From IMG/VR virus record IMGVR_UViG_3300020036_001974, positions 1-64,000 of that record: DNA of 64,000 nucleotides. One strand, 5' to 3'. Below are positions 1 to 9,548 of the stretch, piece by piece. Each line of letters begins with the position of its first letter. Within the stretch, counting starts at the first letter, position 1. The translations under genes and the position numbers were made by a program. The notes below the pieces were generated by a model. It made no database searches. It was not told where the DNA came from and saw nothing but the letters and a program-made list of their open reading frames with translations. This DNA comes from a virus. Its lineage: Duplodnaviria; Caudoviricetes.

Positions 1-2
1 CT

Positions 3-1625
3 TCTGCACCTGCTTTTGACTACCTTAATCCAGTAGTAACAAGATCACTTACAGCAAATAACTATACATTACAGGATATTGATAATGGATGTATTGTTGA
101 GCTGGATAACGGAGCAACAGCAGGAACCATTACCTTACCTACAGGATTACCAGCAAGTTGGAACTGTACTGTAGTAAATAGAGGAACAGGTATCTTAACC
201 CTTACTACTTCAGGAACAACACTCACCTCTGATGGCACAACTTTAGAAGTAAGATATACAGGTACTACTATTTACAGTAGGGGTAGCAATGCATTCACAG
301 CAATAGGAGCATTAGGCGCACCTCTTACGCTAGCCAACATTACAGGAACATTACCTGTGGCTTCTGGTGGTACTAACATTACTTCTTACGCTATTGGTGA
401 TTTAATACAAGCGACAGGAGCAACTACTTTAAGTAAGTTAGCATCGGTATCAGCAGGATCTTTTCTTAGAAGTGGTGGAGTAACTACCGCCTCATCATGG
501 TCTACTGTTAAGCTACCTGATACCATGAGTGCTTTAGGTTTATGGGTAGCTAACTCAGCAAACACAACGGTTAACTTAACAGCAACAGCAGGACAATCTA
601 TTAGAGTTAATGCTGGTGGCACAGCTTGGGAAGCGTTTACACCGGGAGGAAGTGGAATAGGTGGCTCTACAGGAGCTACAGATAATTCTATATTAAGAGC
701 TGATGGAACTGGTGGAGCTACTTTACAAAACAGCGGGTTAGTTATTGATGATAGTGCTAATTTAACACTTGGGGTATCTTCATTAGCCGGTGCAACTAGG
801 AATATAGGAGCAGATGGATCTGCTACCGATATAGGGTTGGCAATTTATGGAAAAGGAGCAGGTGTTGTTGCAATAGGAGGTAATACAGCAAAAACAACAA
901 TAACCGTTTCAGACGCTACAACTAATACTACATCTATTATAGCTGAGTTAGTTAAAAGAAGTTCAGGAACGGTTGCTGCCGGTTTTGGTATAATTCAGAA
1001 TATAAATCTTGAAAATGCTTCTGATAATTTAGCAACAGCATCTGCATGGACTTACACATGGAGCACTCCTACGAACGCAGCAGAAACAAGTAGCATGGTT
1101 TTATCTACCAGAAAAGCTGGTGCAAGTTTCGATGCATTTAGTATCAATGGTGATAACATGGCTTTGTTATCAGGAGTACCTGCTAACTGGCAATCTATGG
1201 AAAGAGGTGTTTACCTCCCTAACAGAACAGTTGCCCCAACAACAGGTATAGCAAATGGTGTGGCTTTATTTGCAGAGGATAGTAACTCGTTGTCAGAATT
1301 CTATGTAATGCCTGAATCAGGAGCTAAAGTCAATATTTCAGGGCTTTTAGAGCCAGTTACAGAATCAGGGACTTCATTCTCATTAGGAGAGTCGCATAGA
1401 AATAAAATTGTTCTTTGTACTAATTCAGCAGCAATTACTGTAACAGTAGGTAGCGGTAAAGCAGCAGGATGGAATTGTATCTTATTAGCTACTCATGCGA
1501 CCGGGACAATATCATTGACTGCTTCTGGAACTACTTTAAACGGGACTACGGCAACAACAACTCAATTTGAAACTTTATCCTTGGTGCATTACGGATCAGA
1601 GGTATATCTATCAAAGTTAGGATAA
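3..1625 (+). CDS. Tail fibre-like virion protein, 5' truncated by the window edge
   Basis: Frame is open from nt 3 (the track starts at a GTG at 357). Gly/Thr/Ser/Ala-rich, with two copies of a 'TITLP..G..A.WNC......GT..LT.SGTTL' module near the two ends. Confidence 0.65.
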   Translation, partial: SAPAFDYLNPVVTRSLTANNYTLQDIDNGCIVELDNGATAGTITLPTGLPASWNCTVVNRGTGILTLTTSGTTLTSDGTTLEVRYTGTTIYSRGSNAFTAIGALGAPLTLANITGTLPVASGGTNITSYAIGDLIQATGATTLSKLASVSAGSFLRSGGVTTASSWSTVKLPDTMSALGLWVANSANTTVNLTATAGQSIRVNAGGTAWEAFTPGGSGIGGSTGATDNSILRADGTGGATLQNSGLVIDDSANLTLGVSSLAGATRNIGADGSATDIGLAIYGKGAGVVAIGGNTAKTTITVSDATTNTTSIIAELVKRSSGTVAAGFGIIQNINLENASDNLATASAWTYTWSTPTNAAETSSMVLSTRKAGASFDAFSINGDNMALLSGVPANWQSMERGVYLPNRTVAPTTGIANGVALFAEDSNSLSEFYVMPESGAKVNISGLLEPVTESGTSFSLGESHRNKIVLCTNSAAITVTVGSGKAAGWNCILLATHATGTISLTASGTTLNGTTATTTQFETLSLVHYGSEVYLSKLG

Positions 1626-1626
1626 T

Positions 1627-3399
1627 ATGTTATTAGTTTCCGCCTTCAATCCTATAAGAAAGACAACAAATACTAATTCTGGTTATGGATCTGGGGTTGA
1701 TATTTCTATTACTCCAGATTTATACGATGATGAGGTTAATGTTGTTAGAAACGGAAGCACTAGTAACTTTGACATAAATGTACCCTTAAATTATTTTGCA
1801 ACTTGGGCTATTGTAGAATCTAAAACTCAGATAGCTGTAAATATTGGTTCAGGATTAGCTTGTTCGTTTACCGCTGATTTCACACAAGAAACAGTTTCAG
1901 GATATGAGACTCTTGAGCAAGGAGTTAAATATTATGATATTATCATTACTGCAACCAAAAACGGAAACACATTTAAACGTCACTTTAGAAGGGCGTTTGT
2001 AGTTTATCCTGCTCTATTTACAGAAGGAGCTGCTGATCTAGTTTGGAACTTCTCATCAGGTGGAATGGGGTATAAAGATGGAGGAGGAACTGATAGAGTA
2101 GGTTATCAGATATTTATAAAAGGCACATATACAGGTACAAGTTATCTAGGTATAGAGGATTACAGAAGTAGCGACCCTACACAACCAGTTCATATATTAG
2201 TCGATCCTGCAAACTTAGTTGAGATAAATAGCTCTAACGCATGGTGTTTAAGAATTAATAAGGATTGTCAGAATCTTATCTTTGATGCTTGTGGAGATAG
2301 ATCGTTAAGGCAATATGGATTAAAGTGTACTATTACGGATGCCGGTGGTTCTCAGGCAATAATGATACAGCCAGCGGATACAGCCAGCGGATCAACAACA
2401 AGTAGTGCTGGTAAAAATATAACCATTGGCGGCATAGAAGTAGACAATGGACGTAATGGTGGATCTGGATTCAATGTTAATTTCGATACAGCAGGAAATG
2501 CTACTATAAATTATGATAATTGGTCTTTTAATGGATTAAATGTACATAATATGTATATCCATGATACTACCGATGAAGGATTCTATATTGGTAGATTTAA
2601 TGACGCCTTAGTTACAGGTTACGCAAAACCAAAGGTAAACAATATGGTATTTTGCCATAATAGAGTAGAGGAAAGTGGAGGAGACGGTTATCAGTTTGGT
2701 ATAGTATTTAATTCAGAAATTCACAATAATAGAGGCGTAAATTTAAACTGGAGAAATGCTACCGATCATAGAAATCTAATTCAATTGGTTGCTTGTGCTG
2801 AGACTTTTGTTTATAGAAATAATTTGAGTTGGAATTCTACCGAAGGAGGATCTACTTTATGGAATATATCTACAGGTAGAGGAGGAAACACTATCAATTT
2901 CTGGGCTAACGTTCTTAACAATCAATTTACTGGTTCTCACATTAATGGATTTATCAATATTGAAGAGACTGAATATGGCAACGATGAGATAGAGATGAAC
3001 ATCTATAACAACACTATCCTTCTTAACTTTGAGAACAGTATTGAAGTCTGGAATAAAACATCGTCCCCAGTTGTAACAACGGTTCTTAATCCATTGAGAA
3101 TAGTAGACAACGTTATTTTTAATGATAATGACCCAGATGAGATAGCTTATTTCAATTCCCCTAATCAATCTGGATACACAATAAGTAATTTGTTTAATCA
3201 AACAAGTAGTTATTTTGGATTTACAAACTTTGCAGGGGGTGATTATAAACCATCCTCGTTATCTTCAGCTATGTTTGGAAGCAGGACGTCATTCACTAAA
3301 ACTCATCCTTGCGCCAATCAGGATATAGAAGGATACGAATATGTAGACGATATAAGAGGAGCGTACTCAGGAGTAGAATTACAAATAGCTGCAACATGA
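1627..3399 (+). CDS. Right-handed parallel beta-helix protein (pectate-lyase-like tailspike/depolymerase)
   Basis: Repeating Asn/Ile-rich strands (NVHNMYIHDTTDEGFYIG, FCHNRVEESGGDGYQFG, IYNNTI, IVDNVI). Confidence 0.65.
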   Translation: MLLVSAFNPIRKTTNTNSGYGSGVDISITPDLYDDEVNVVRNGSTSNFDINVPLNYFATWAIVESKTQIAVNIGSGLACSFTADFTQETVSGYETLEQGVKYYDIIITATKNGNTFKRHFRRAFVVYPALFTEGAADLVWNFSSGGMGYKDGGGTDRVGYQIFIKGTYTGTSYLGIEDYRSSDPTQPVHILVDPANLVEINSSNAWCLRINKDCQNLIFDACGDRSLRQYGLKCTITDAGGSQAIMIQPADTASGSTTSSAGKNITIGGIEVDNGRNGGSGFNVNFDTAGNATINYDNWSFNGLNVHNMYIHDTTDEGFYIGRFNDALVTGYAKPKVNNMVFCHNRVEESGGDGYQFGIVFNSEIHNNRGVNLNWRNATDHRNLIQLVACAETFVYRNNLSWNSTEGGSTLWNISTGRGGNTINFWANVLNNQFTGSHINGFINIEETEYGNDEIEMNIYNNTILLNFENSIEVWNKTSSPVVTTVLNPLRIVDNVIFNDNDPDEIAYFNSPNQSGYTISNLFNQTSSYFGFTNFAGGDYKPSSLSSAMFGSRTSFTKTHPCANQDIEGYEYVDDIRGAYSGVELQIAAT

Positions 3400-3983
3400 T
3401 TTCTGCATTTAATTTTATAGGAGGATTTGGAAGGAGAACTGTCGATCCGGTGGAAGTCAAGATTAACTTCTTTACAGGTACAGCAAGTGGATGGATAGCA
3501 ACAGGATCAACAAGTCCAAAGCCAGCAGGAAATACAACGGTTGACTTCGGCCAATTAGGAAGCACAGGAGTAGGTCTGAGATCATTAAATCCAGTAAGCG
3601 ATACATGGAACGCAACGGGTTCAAGTGGAGCAACAACAGGGGCAAATACAGGAATATTCCCTGATGCTGTTCTACAGACATATTGGTATGGAAGCGGAAC
3701 GGCCACACCTACTTTAGAACTTTATGAGCATACCGGAACGCCACTAACTGGAAATACTTTTACGATTGTACTTGTAGGAAGTCGCGCAAGTATATCCTCA
3801 AGATTAATGAGAGCGAGGGTCAATGGAGGAAGTTGGAGTTCAAACTTAGATGTAGCCAATAACACGGCTAACGGAATAACATTTACAGGAGTGAGCGCAG
3901 TTTCTGGGGTTATAAGTATTGAACTTGATTCTATTGCCGATGACTTCTGTTATATTAATGGATTAACTTTAACATCTGAATAA
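3396..3983 (+). CDS. Virion-associated beta-sandwich/carbohydrate-binding-like protein
   Basis: Likely start MISAFNF at 3396 overlaps the upstream stop (ATGA); contains TGIFPDAVLQTYWY; shares an N-terminal SAFN with the upstream gene. Confidence 0.5.
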   Translation: MISAFNFIGGFGRRTVDPVEVKINFFTGTASGWIATGSTSPKPAGNTTVDFGQLGSTGVGLRSLNPVSDTWNATGSSGATTGANTGIFPDAVLQTYWYGSGTATPTLELYEHTGTPLTGNTFTIVLVGSRASISSRLMRARVNGGSWSSNLDVANNTANGITFTGVSAVSGVISIELDSIADDFCYINGLTLTSE

Positions 3984-3984
3984 A

Positions 3985-5157
3985 ATGAACTTATCAATTA
4001 TACTAAACTTATTGAATAATGGGGGAGATGGTACTTTAGGTACTATTTTTAGTGAAACCTCTTTTGCTAGTACCGCTAATTTCCCTATTACAGCAGCTAC
4101 CATAACAAGAGGTACTAATAAATTGGATATGTCCGGTAGTCCATCGCTATTCGGGTCATACGTTAGATTCGATAATAGTTCATCAGCTCATAGATACACT
4201 GGATTGGAACATTGGAAACAAAGGTTAAGAGTACAAACACCTTCTACTATAAATGGCACTTCTTATGGTATAGGTATTGGTGTTAGAAGTGCTAATACCT
4301 TTGATCCTTATTCAACCTATATTAGATGGAGTTGGGATACAGGAGGCCCCGGGGCACTTGGGTCACTTTATCTATATAATAAAGATACAGTTGCTGGACA
4401 GATACAATCAGTAGGCTCCTACACGCCCGTTGCTGATACTTATTACTGGATAGAAGTGGAGCGTATAAAGAATACTGTTAAATTTACCCTGTTTAGCGAT
4501 TCAGGAACTCAATTATTTACAGAAACTCTGGCTTTTGTATTAAACTCAGGTTACGTTCAAGCTCATAATGTAGGTCAGTTTTGTATTCAACATTTTGGGG
4601 GAAGTAGTATTGAAGTAACAAATTGGACTACAACAAGCAGTGCTATGAAAGGCCAACAGTATTGCTTTGTTGGTGATTCTAATACTTATGGATTATTTTC
4701 AGCTACAAACGCCCTCAGATGGGCCGAAAATGCAGCTACAACTGCCGGTAAGACCTTTGTGCTCAATGCTGGTATAGCTGACAGAACAGCAGATGTTATT
4801 TTAAAACTTAATGAAATTGTAGCCCTTAGACCTCAGTGTGTGTTTCTTAGTGTAGGTAGAAACGATGTAGCTAATTCAATAGCTATCGGTACTATTCAAG
4901 CTAACATAGATACAATAATATCAACCATTGAATCTGCTGGAATTACAGTTAAATTAGGAGGGGTAGTTGCTTCAACGGTCGATGTTTCGGCAGTTCAGAC
5001 TCATTATAATAGTAAAGATAATGACAAAGTTAACTTCTATACAGATAGTAAGAGTGGCACAACTACGTTAAAAGCCGGATACGATGGAGGAGATGGTATA
5101 CATCTAAATGCAACAGGTCATGCTGGATTATCTACATTGGCTCAGACTATATTATAA
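3985..5157 (+). CDS. SGNH/GDSL esterase with an N-terminal beta-sandwich domain
   Basis: Blocks FVGDSNT, NAG, GRND and DGIH. Confidence 0.8.
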   Translation: MNLSIILNLLNNGGDGTLGTIFSETSFASTANFPITAATITRGTNKLDMSGSPSLFGSYVRFDNSSSAHRYTGLEHWKQRLRVQTPSTINGTSYGIGIGVRSANTFDPYSTYIRWSWDTGGPGALGSLYLYNKDTVAGQIQSVGSYTPVADTYYWIEVERIKNTVKFTLFSDSGTQLFTETLAFVLNSGYVQAHNVGQFCIQHFGGSSIEVTNWTTTSSAMKGQQYCFVGDSNTYGLFSATNALRWAENAATTAGKTFVLNAGIADRTADVILKLNEIVALRPQCVFLSVGRNDVANSIAIGTIQANIDTIISTIESAGITVKLGGVVASTVDVSAVQTHYNSKDNDKVNFYTDSKSGTTTLKAGYDGGDGIHLNATGHAGLSTLAQTIL

Positions 5158-5163
5158 ATATTC

Positions 5164-5179
5164 TGGCACGGTTTTTGCT
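5164..5179 (+). promoter_or_regulatory. Sigma54-type -24/-12 promoter
   Basis: TGGCACG-GTTT-TTGCT (GG-N10-GC), intergenic; 22 nt identical to 57154-57175. Confidence 0.7.
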
Positions 5180-5213
5180 GTATAATTGTTTTTAAACAAA
5201 AACCAATAAATTT

Positions 5214-5561
5214 ATGATTTTAGAGAACAAATTCGTTTTACCACTTTTACTTGAAATTTTATCATTTAACCCGGAAACTAATAAAGAAACCGGGGGTCTT
5301 TTGACTGAAGAACTGACCTTAGGTACAAAGAGACGACTTCAGAAGATAAGAGCGGAGCTTTTAAAGCAAAATGAAGAAATCAGAAAAGCTATTGAAGAAA
5401 TTGAAAAAATCGAAGATTCTGAGTTAAAATTGAAAGAAATTAAGGATTTAGAAGACGAGACATTTACTATTAACGCAGAACCTGTGTCTTTAGAAATGAT
5501 TGAAAATATCAAATCTAAGACAAATTATAATATGATTCTATTAGAAAAAATAACCAAATAA
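5214..5561 (+). CDS. Hypothetical coiled-coil protein (possible tail assembly factor)
   Basis: ORF track; position in the tail module. Confidence 0.5.
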   Translation: MILENKFVLPLLLEILSFNPETNKETGGLLTEELTLGTKRRLQKIRAELLKQNEEIRKAIEEIEKIEDSELKLKEIKDLEDETFTINAEPVSLEMIENIKSKTNYNMILLEKITK

Positions 5562-5569
5562 CCCCAAAA

Positions 5570-6085
5570 ATGCAAGTAATTCAAGATTCAGTAAAACCAA
5601 CAGAGAAGATTGCCTCGTTCCAAAACGCAGCAGGTTCTCAGAAATTAGGAGTATATGGAGATGGTAGTCTTTTAGACGCCTCTGATAATACTCGCTTATT
5701 TTTCAATTCTACGGCTAAGACTATTGTGGACGGAGCCGCTACCGGTTTATTCTCAGTAGCAGTTGCCCAAGGATCGGTAGCAGGTGGTATTATCCACTTC
5801 AGCGTACTAGCGAGTGATGGAACAGATTTCCAGACTATTAACGGTATGGCAAGCTACTCAAGTGTAAACAAAGCAGGAACCTGTACAAACGCAATTACAT
5901 ATGTTACTGGTAACGAAGCTAAAGCTGTGTCATCAGGTACATTAACTCTTGCCTTTACAATGGCAGAGGACACCGCAGATGTGGTTACAATTAAACTACA
6001 ACCTACTGGTTCGTTGACAGAAACAACTTATACAGTAATTTATACCTTGACTCCTTTAAGAGGAGGGGCTATAACAATTCTATAA
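5570..6085 (+). CDS. Putative virion structural protein
   Basis: Beta-rich Thr/Ala/Gly composition; context. Confidence 0.45.
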   Translation: MQVIQDSVKPTEKIASFQNAAGSQKLGVYGDGSLLDASDNTRLFFNSTAKTIVDGAATGLFSVAVAQGSVAGGIIHFSVLASDGTDFQTINGMASYSSVNKAGTCTNAITYVTGNEAKAVSSGTLTLAFTMAEDTADVVTIKLQPTGSLTETTYTVIYTLTPLRGGAITIL

Positions 6086-6730
6086 ATGACAATTACTCAG
6101 ATGCATGAGTATTTTGACCTGCTTCTTGATAAGAGCGGGTCACCTTACTTTGAAGACAGTGAGAAGGACTTGTTCATTAACATGGCTCAGATTGAGTATG
6201 TTAAACAGTTAATGCCTTCAAATGAAGGAGGGGTTGTTAATATTGAATTAGATCAGGTGGTGTACAATAATGTATACCCCTTGGTCTATGACATAACAGG
6301 GTTGACAATGAATGCATCTTCTAATGTTCTTGCAACAACAGTTCAAACAGCATTAGATACAGCCTCATCTTCTACAGAAAAGGTACTTTATATTTTAAAC
6401 GTTAGCTGGACTAAATCAGGAACAACTCTCCCGGTAAAGTATACCCGTCAGAACGATTGGTTTGAATTTGAGAGAAATAGTTTTAAACAAGGATCTGCTA
6501 CACAACCTCGTTATAAGTATAATAAAACAAACTTTACATTCTCACCATTAGACCAGAGTGCTACTATCGCATTATCACTTGTCAAATCTCCAAAGAATGT
6601 TAGTCTATCTGGGGTAGTCAATAGTGAATTCCCAGACCATACTCATAAAAAGATAGTAGAGATGGCATTGGATTTAGCAACCGTATCTCTTAGAGATGGT
6701 GATTTGAGTCAATTAAATAAACAAGTATGA
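6086..6730 (+). CDS. Head-tail ring/adaptor protein (crAss-like ring protein type)
   Basis: MT..QMH..FD.LLDK......F...E.D.FIN.AQ start and 'SEFPDHTHKKIVEMA' end, recalled as typical of this family. Confidence 0.6.
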   Translation: MTITQMHEYFDLLLDKSGSPYFEDSEKDLFINMAQIEYVKQLMPSNEGGVVNIELDQVVYNNVYPLVYDITGLTMNASSNVLATTVQTALDTASSSTEKVLYILNVSWTKSGTTLPVKYTRQNDWFEFERNSFKQGSATQPRYKYNKTNFTFSPLDQSATIALSLVKSPKNVSLSGVVNSEFPDHTHKKIVEMALDLATVSLRDGDLSQLNKQV

Positions 6731-7062
6731 GTAAAATAGTATACGTAAACAGTTCTCCATCTTCAATTACACTCGATTTTAATCGTGAAGAGGTTGTTCA
6801 ATTTAAACTATCATCTGCTATAACAGGGTCTAAAACCCTTACTATAGCAAACGACAGCGAAGCTAAGGGTTTATTTGTATCAATATCTGTTACAACAAGT
6901 GCAGCTATTACACTCCCTACAAGTTTCAAATGTGAATCGACAGAGAGTAGATATGTAGCTAATGTATTAACACTGACAGGAACAGGAACATATACAATAA
7001 ATGCCGTTTACGATGGTGCTTACTGGTTATGCAAAGTTACCGCAGATGGTGGATACGTATAG
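6727..7062 (+). CDS. Small structural protein
   Basis: ORF track; beta-rich; coupled to neighbours. Confidence 0.45.
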   Translation: MSKIVYVNSSPSSITLDFNREEVVQFKLSSAITGSKTLTIANDSEAKGLFVSISVTTSAAITLPTSFKCESTESRYVANVLTLTGTGTYTINAVYDGAYWLCKVTADGGYV

Positions 7063-7405
7063 TATAACATATAAAGGTCAAGCTCCTTCTTTAAACGATA
7101 TTTACGGGTCATCTAACTGGAGAGTAAGAAAAGGATTAGTGGATAAATATAAGAAGATATTCACCATTCTACTTCTTGAAAGGAACCCTCCAAAGTATGA
7201 AAAATATAAGGTATCTATTTTCTACAACAGTCGTCATGATTGTGATAACGTTGTAGGGGCCGTTGGTAAGATACTAAATGATACCCTTAAAACCAAGTGG
7301 GTTCCTGAAGATGGACCTAAGTTCTGTAAAGGGATCAGTGCTGAAGTAGACACATCTCTAGAGCATAATGAGTTCAAAATAGTAATTACAAATGCTAATA
7401 TCTAA
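7046..7405 (+). CDS. RusA-like Holliday junction resolvase
   Basis: PSLN..Y start, RHDCDN, K...D.L and PEDGPKF acidic motifs. Confidence 0.7.
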   Translation: MVDTYSITYKGQAPSLNDIYGSSNWRVRKGLVDKYKKIFTILLLERNPPKYEKYKVSIFYNSRHDCDNVVGAVGKILNDTLKTKWVPEDGPKFCKGISAEVDTSLEHNEFKIVITNANI

Positions 7406-8084
7406 AATTATAGACGACATCATGTTGAAGGTTTACGCAGGTAACCCATCAGATGATGTTTCATTAGAACGCAGCCAGATTAAATTCTGGATATTGGCAG
7501 CCCGGGATATGCTTGTGAAGTCATATCTTGACAACCAGATAAAGGACGGAAAGTCACTGGATACCCTGTATCAGGAAAGAGAAACAGGTAAGGCAACAGA
7601 TGCCGAGGATCTTGATGATGTAGCTTCTGAAGACGAAAGAATATACTTTTCACTTAGTAAAAGACCAATGACCCTTCTTAAGGATATGGGGGTTATTAAG
7701 GTAATCACAGACGAAGGACTTCCTGTATTAAAAACATCATTGGAAAAGGTTGAGGTTATTAAAGATTTGAAATACGCCAAACCATCTCCTACTAATTTAG
7801 TATACTATAGAACTAATCAGGATATTAACGTACTTGGGGTTGGTAGTAAGAACCTTACTACGACTAGTTTTATAGTTTACTATATTCCTTCCTTATCGGA
7901 TCAGGAGTTAGCAGAAACAGAGGAATTAAACATCCAAGATGACCTAATCCCTTCACTGTGTGATCTTGTTGAAGAACAAGCCCGGAGAGAGTTGTTTGGA
8001 GTAGAAGATAAAGAAAACAACGGTATTCAACCAGAGGTTGAGAGAAGTTCATCAGACTGGAGACTTATAGATAATGGAAAGTAG
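7392..8084 (+). CDS. Ring/adaptor protein
   Basis: Size, context and D..S...I..W.....R pattern. Confidence 0.5.
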   Translation: MLISKIIDDIMLKVYAGNPSDDVSLERSQIKFWILAARDMLVKSYLDNQIKDGKSLDTLYQERETGKATDAEDLDDVASEDERIYFSLSKRPMTLLKDMGVIKVITDEGLPVLKTSLEKVEVIKDLKYAKPSPTNLVYYRTNQDINVLGVGSKNLTTTSFIVYYIPSLSDQELAETEELNIQDDLIPSLCDLVEEQARRELFGVEDKENNGIQPEVERSSSDWRLIDNGK

Positions 8085-8742
8085 ACAACTTACAATTGAC
8101 GAAGTAACTTCTTCTGTAATGACTATTATAGGAGAATCAACCAACGAAGACAGACTGTTGTTTAAACAGTGGGTAGCAGAGTGTGCTCAGAACTTAGGAG
8201 CTAATTCTACTTGGATGAAGAACTGTGAACTTAAGCCAAAAGACGGTTCGTTCCAAAAACCCAAAGACCTGACAGCAACAATTGACCTTGCTTTATATGA
8301 TTCATCTGGTAGAGAACTTACCCATAGGTTTATAGGTAACTCACCGGGTAGAATACATGTAGATCGTAACGTAATTAACGCAACAATCTCTTCTACTAAT
8401 GTTAGTTCTATTATAGATCTTTCAGAAGATGTATACTACTTCCACATGGGTCATGGTGGAGATCAGGCAGCAACAATGCAGATTTCCTACATGGCTATTC
8501 CTGTGGATCGACAAGGCTTCCCACTTGTACCAGAAAGCAATCTCGATGCTTATAAGATGTATTGCCGCTGGATGTGGTCATTGAGACAAAATAATAACCA
8601 GTCTTTCATAGCCCAATCTTATGAAATGTGGTTACGTGAGAGAGAAAGAGCAAGGGGTAGAAATAAAATGCCTGATAGATTCAGAGCAAATGCTTTCTTT
8701 AAATCCTATTTAAGCATGGTCAGTGCTCCTATATTTGATTAA
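8074..8742 (+). CDS. Ring/adaptor protein
   Basis: Size, context and 'I.YMAIPVD.QGFPLVP' pattern. Confidence 0.5.
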   Translation: MESRQLTIDEVTSSVMTIIGESTNEDRLLFKQWVAECAQNLGANSTWMKNCELKPKDGSFQKPKDLTATIDLALYDSSGRELTHRFIGNSPGRIHVDRNVINATISSTNVSSIIDLSEDVYYFHMGHGGDQAATMQISYMAIPVDRQGFPLVPESNLDAYKMYCRWMWSLRQNNNQSFIAQSYEMWLRERERARGRNKMPDRFRANAFFKSYLSMVSAPIFD

Positions 8743-9548
8743 TGGCTGAAGTTAATAATAAGCAAAATTGTGGAGTTTATTGTATTAAGAACTTAAATAC
8801 AGGTGGTGTCTATATTGGTTCATCTATTGAATTAAATAAAAGATTAAATCATCATTGGAATAGACTTAAAAACAATAAACATCGTTCAATACATCTTCAA
8901 AGAGCATATAATAAAGATAGTAGATATTTTGTAGCAGGTATTATTTGTTATTGCACTAAGGAGGATGTTATTAAATTAGAACAATCTTTTATAGATCTCT
9001 ATAAAGGTAAATTGTATAATATTAGACCAATTGCTAATTCTAATAGTGGTTTCAAATGGACAGAAGAACAGAAGAAAAAAGCTAGTTCAAACTATAAACC
9101 AAAAAAGATTACCGATGAGACAAGGAGAAGAATGTCACAATCAGCAGTTGGTAAAATAATCAGCGATAGTACAAGACATAAAATGTCTATAAACACTAAG
9201 TTAAGGTGGTCTGACAGATCATTTGCCAACATGATGTCAGAGAAGATGTCTGAATACAATAAGAACCTTACAGAAGAAAGGAAAATAGAAATAAGTAAAA
9301 AGATTTCTGATAAAATAAAAGGTTTATCACAAACAAGAGAGTCAATAATAAAAAGACTAAACTCAATGGGTGCTCCTTCAATTGATATGTTTGATTTAGA
9401 CGGTAATTTTATTAATACATTTAGGATGGCTAAAGATGCAGCCGAATATGTTGGTGGGAAAAGTGGTAGTATTACTGATAATTGTAAAGGCAGACAACGC
9501 TCCTATAAAGGATTCATTTTTAAATTTAACTATGGAAAGAATCTTTAA
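8742..9548 (+). mobile_element. Free-standing GIY-YIG homing endonuclease with NUMOD-type C-terminal DNA-binding repeats
   Basis: CGVYCIKNLNTGGVYIGSS...R...H; ETRRRMS/STRHKMS repeats; terminal 'DLDGNFINTF.MAKDAA...I..NCKG....YKGFIF'. Confidence 0.9.
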
